Below, in pieces: positions 63,890-64,000 of a stretch of 64,000 nucleotides of DNA. Numbering within the stretch: the stretch's first letter is position 1; each line of letters begins with the position of its first letter. The stretch covers positions 1 through 64,000 of IMG/VR virus record IMGVR_UViG_3300001598_000045. The stretch is one strand, 5' to 3'. The notes below the pieces were generated by a model, which saw only the letters and a list, made by a program, of their open reading frames with translations, made no database searches and had not been told where the DNA came from. A program made the translations under genes and the position numbers. The DNA is from a virus (taxonomy: Duplodnaviria > Heunggongvirae > Uroviricota > Caudoviricetes).

Positions 63890-64000
63890 ATAATTGTTTT
63901 ATTAAATGCCTCTCTAAATTGAGCTTTAGTCATTGTACAAACTCTTATTTCTTTTCTTGGGTGATAATAAGTTGCATAATGCTCAAAGAGTTTCCAAGCT

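Noticed and set aside
1-64000. Eukaryotic giant virus (Mimiviridae-like) origin, suggested by AT-richness, introns in polymerase genes and hairpins at gene ends
   Set aside because: The beta' zinc ribbon (CxCGK...CxxCG) and the SGYLTR and NADFDGD..A blocks are bacterial-type. Gene ends carry stem-loop plus T-run intrinsic terminators. One protein has a bacterial-style signal peptide with Cys. A large bacteriophage fits better. This is inference only; no searches were run.
1-64000. CRISPR arrays, integrase/att sites, reverse transcriptase or retron elements
   Set aside because: No regularly spaced direct repeats, no integrase-like or RT-like ORF motifs were seen on either strand.
1-64000. An RNA ligase or polynucleotide kinase partner for Tpt1 within this window
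   Set aside because: I scanned the unknown ORFs for KxDG(T/S) ligase motif I and a kinase P-loop and found no convincing instance. The TKDGKS at 21726-22664 lacks the other ligase motifs. The partner may lie outside the window.

Overview
This window is AT-rich (roughly 25-30% GC) and densely packed. Almost all genes lie tail-to-head on the minus strand, with three short plus-strand islands at 86-4638, 12169-13000 and 21339-23818. The content looks like a large dsDNA bacteriophage, possibly jumbo-phage-like. Three observations favour a phage over a eukaryotic giant virus. The multisubunit RNA polymerase is bacterial-type. Many genes end in stem-loop plus T-run intrinsic terminators. One protein has a bacterial-type signal peptide.

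The most striking region is 46-57 kb. The RNA polymerase beta' gene and then the beta gene each appear as three coding segments. The intervening sequences, plus two further sites, carry eight compact group I intron catalytic cores. I recognised these from the conserved P, Q, R and S elements. Two HNH-NUMOD and one GIY-YIG-like homing-endonuclease ORFs are associated with them.

A single conserved promoter-like motif (ACCGYCT, about 17 nt, then CCTTATAWATG) precedes many genes on both strands. It often sits directly at the ATG, so those mRNAs would be leaderless, and there are no Shine-Dalgarno sequences. I suspect it is recognised by the phage polymerase.

Other content:
- A replication module: primase, SF2 helicase and DnaB-like helicase.
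- Nucleotide metabolism: thymidine kinase, ThyX-like thymidylate synthase, nucleoside 2-deoxyribosyltransferase and a Nudix hydrolase.
- A complete-looking RNA 2'-phosphate / ADP-ribose processing set (Tpt1, 2H phosphoesterase, macro domain, Nudix), plus HAD, metallophosphatase and MYG1-like phosphoesterases.
- An ArfB-like GGQ peptidyl-tRNA hydrolase, a YqeY/GatB-domain protein, a Clp/Hsp100 ATPase and a small ABC-type ATPase.
- A tRNA-like gene with an aberrant anticodon region.
- An 800-bp ORF-free region that may encode a structured RNA.
- Many small membrane proteins.

Every functional call is from motifs read by eye. I ran no searches.
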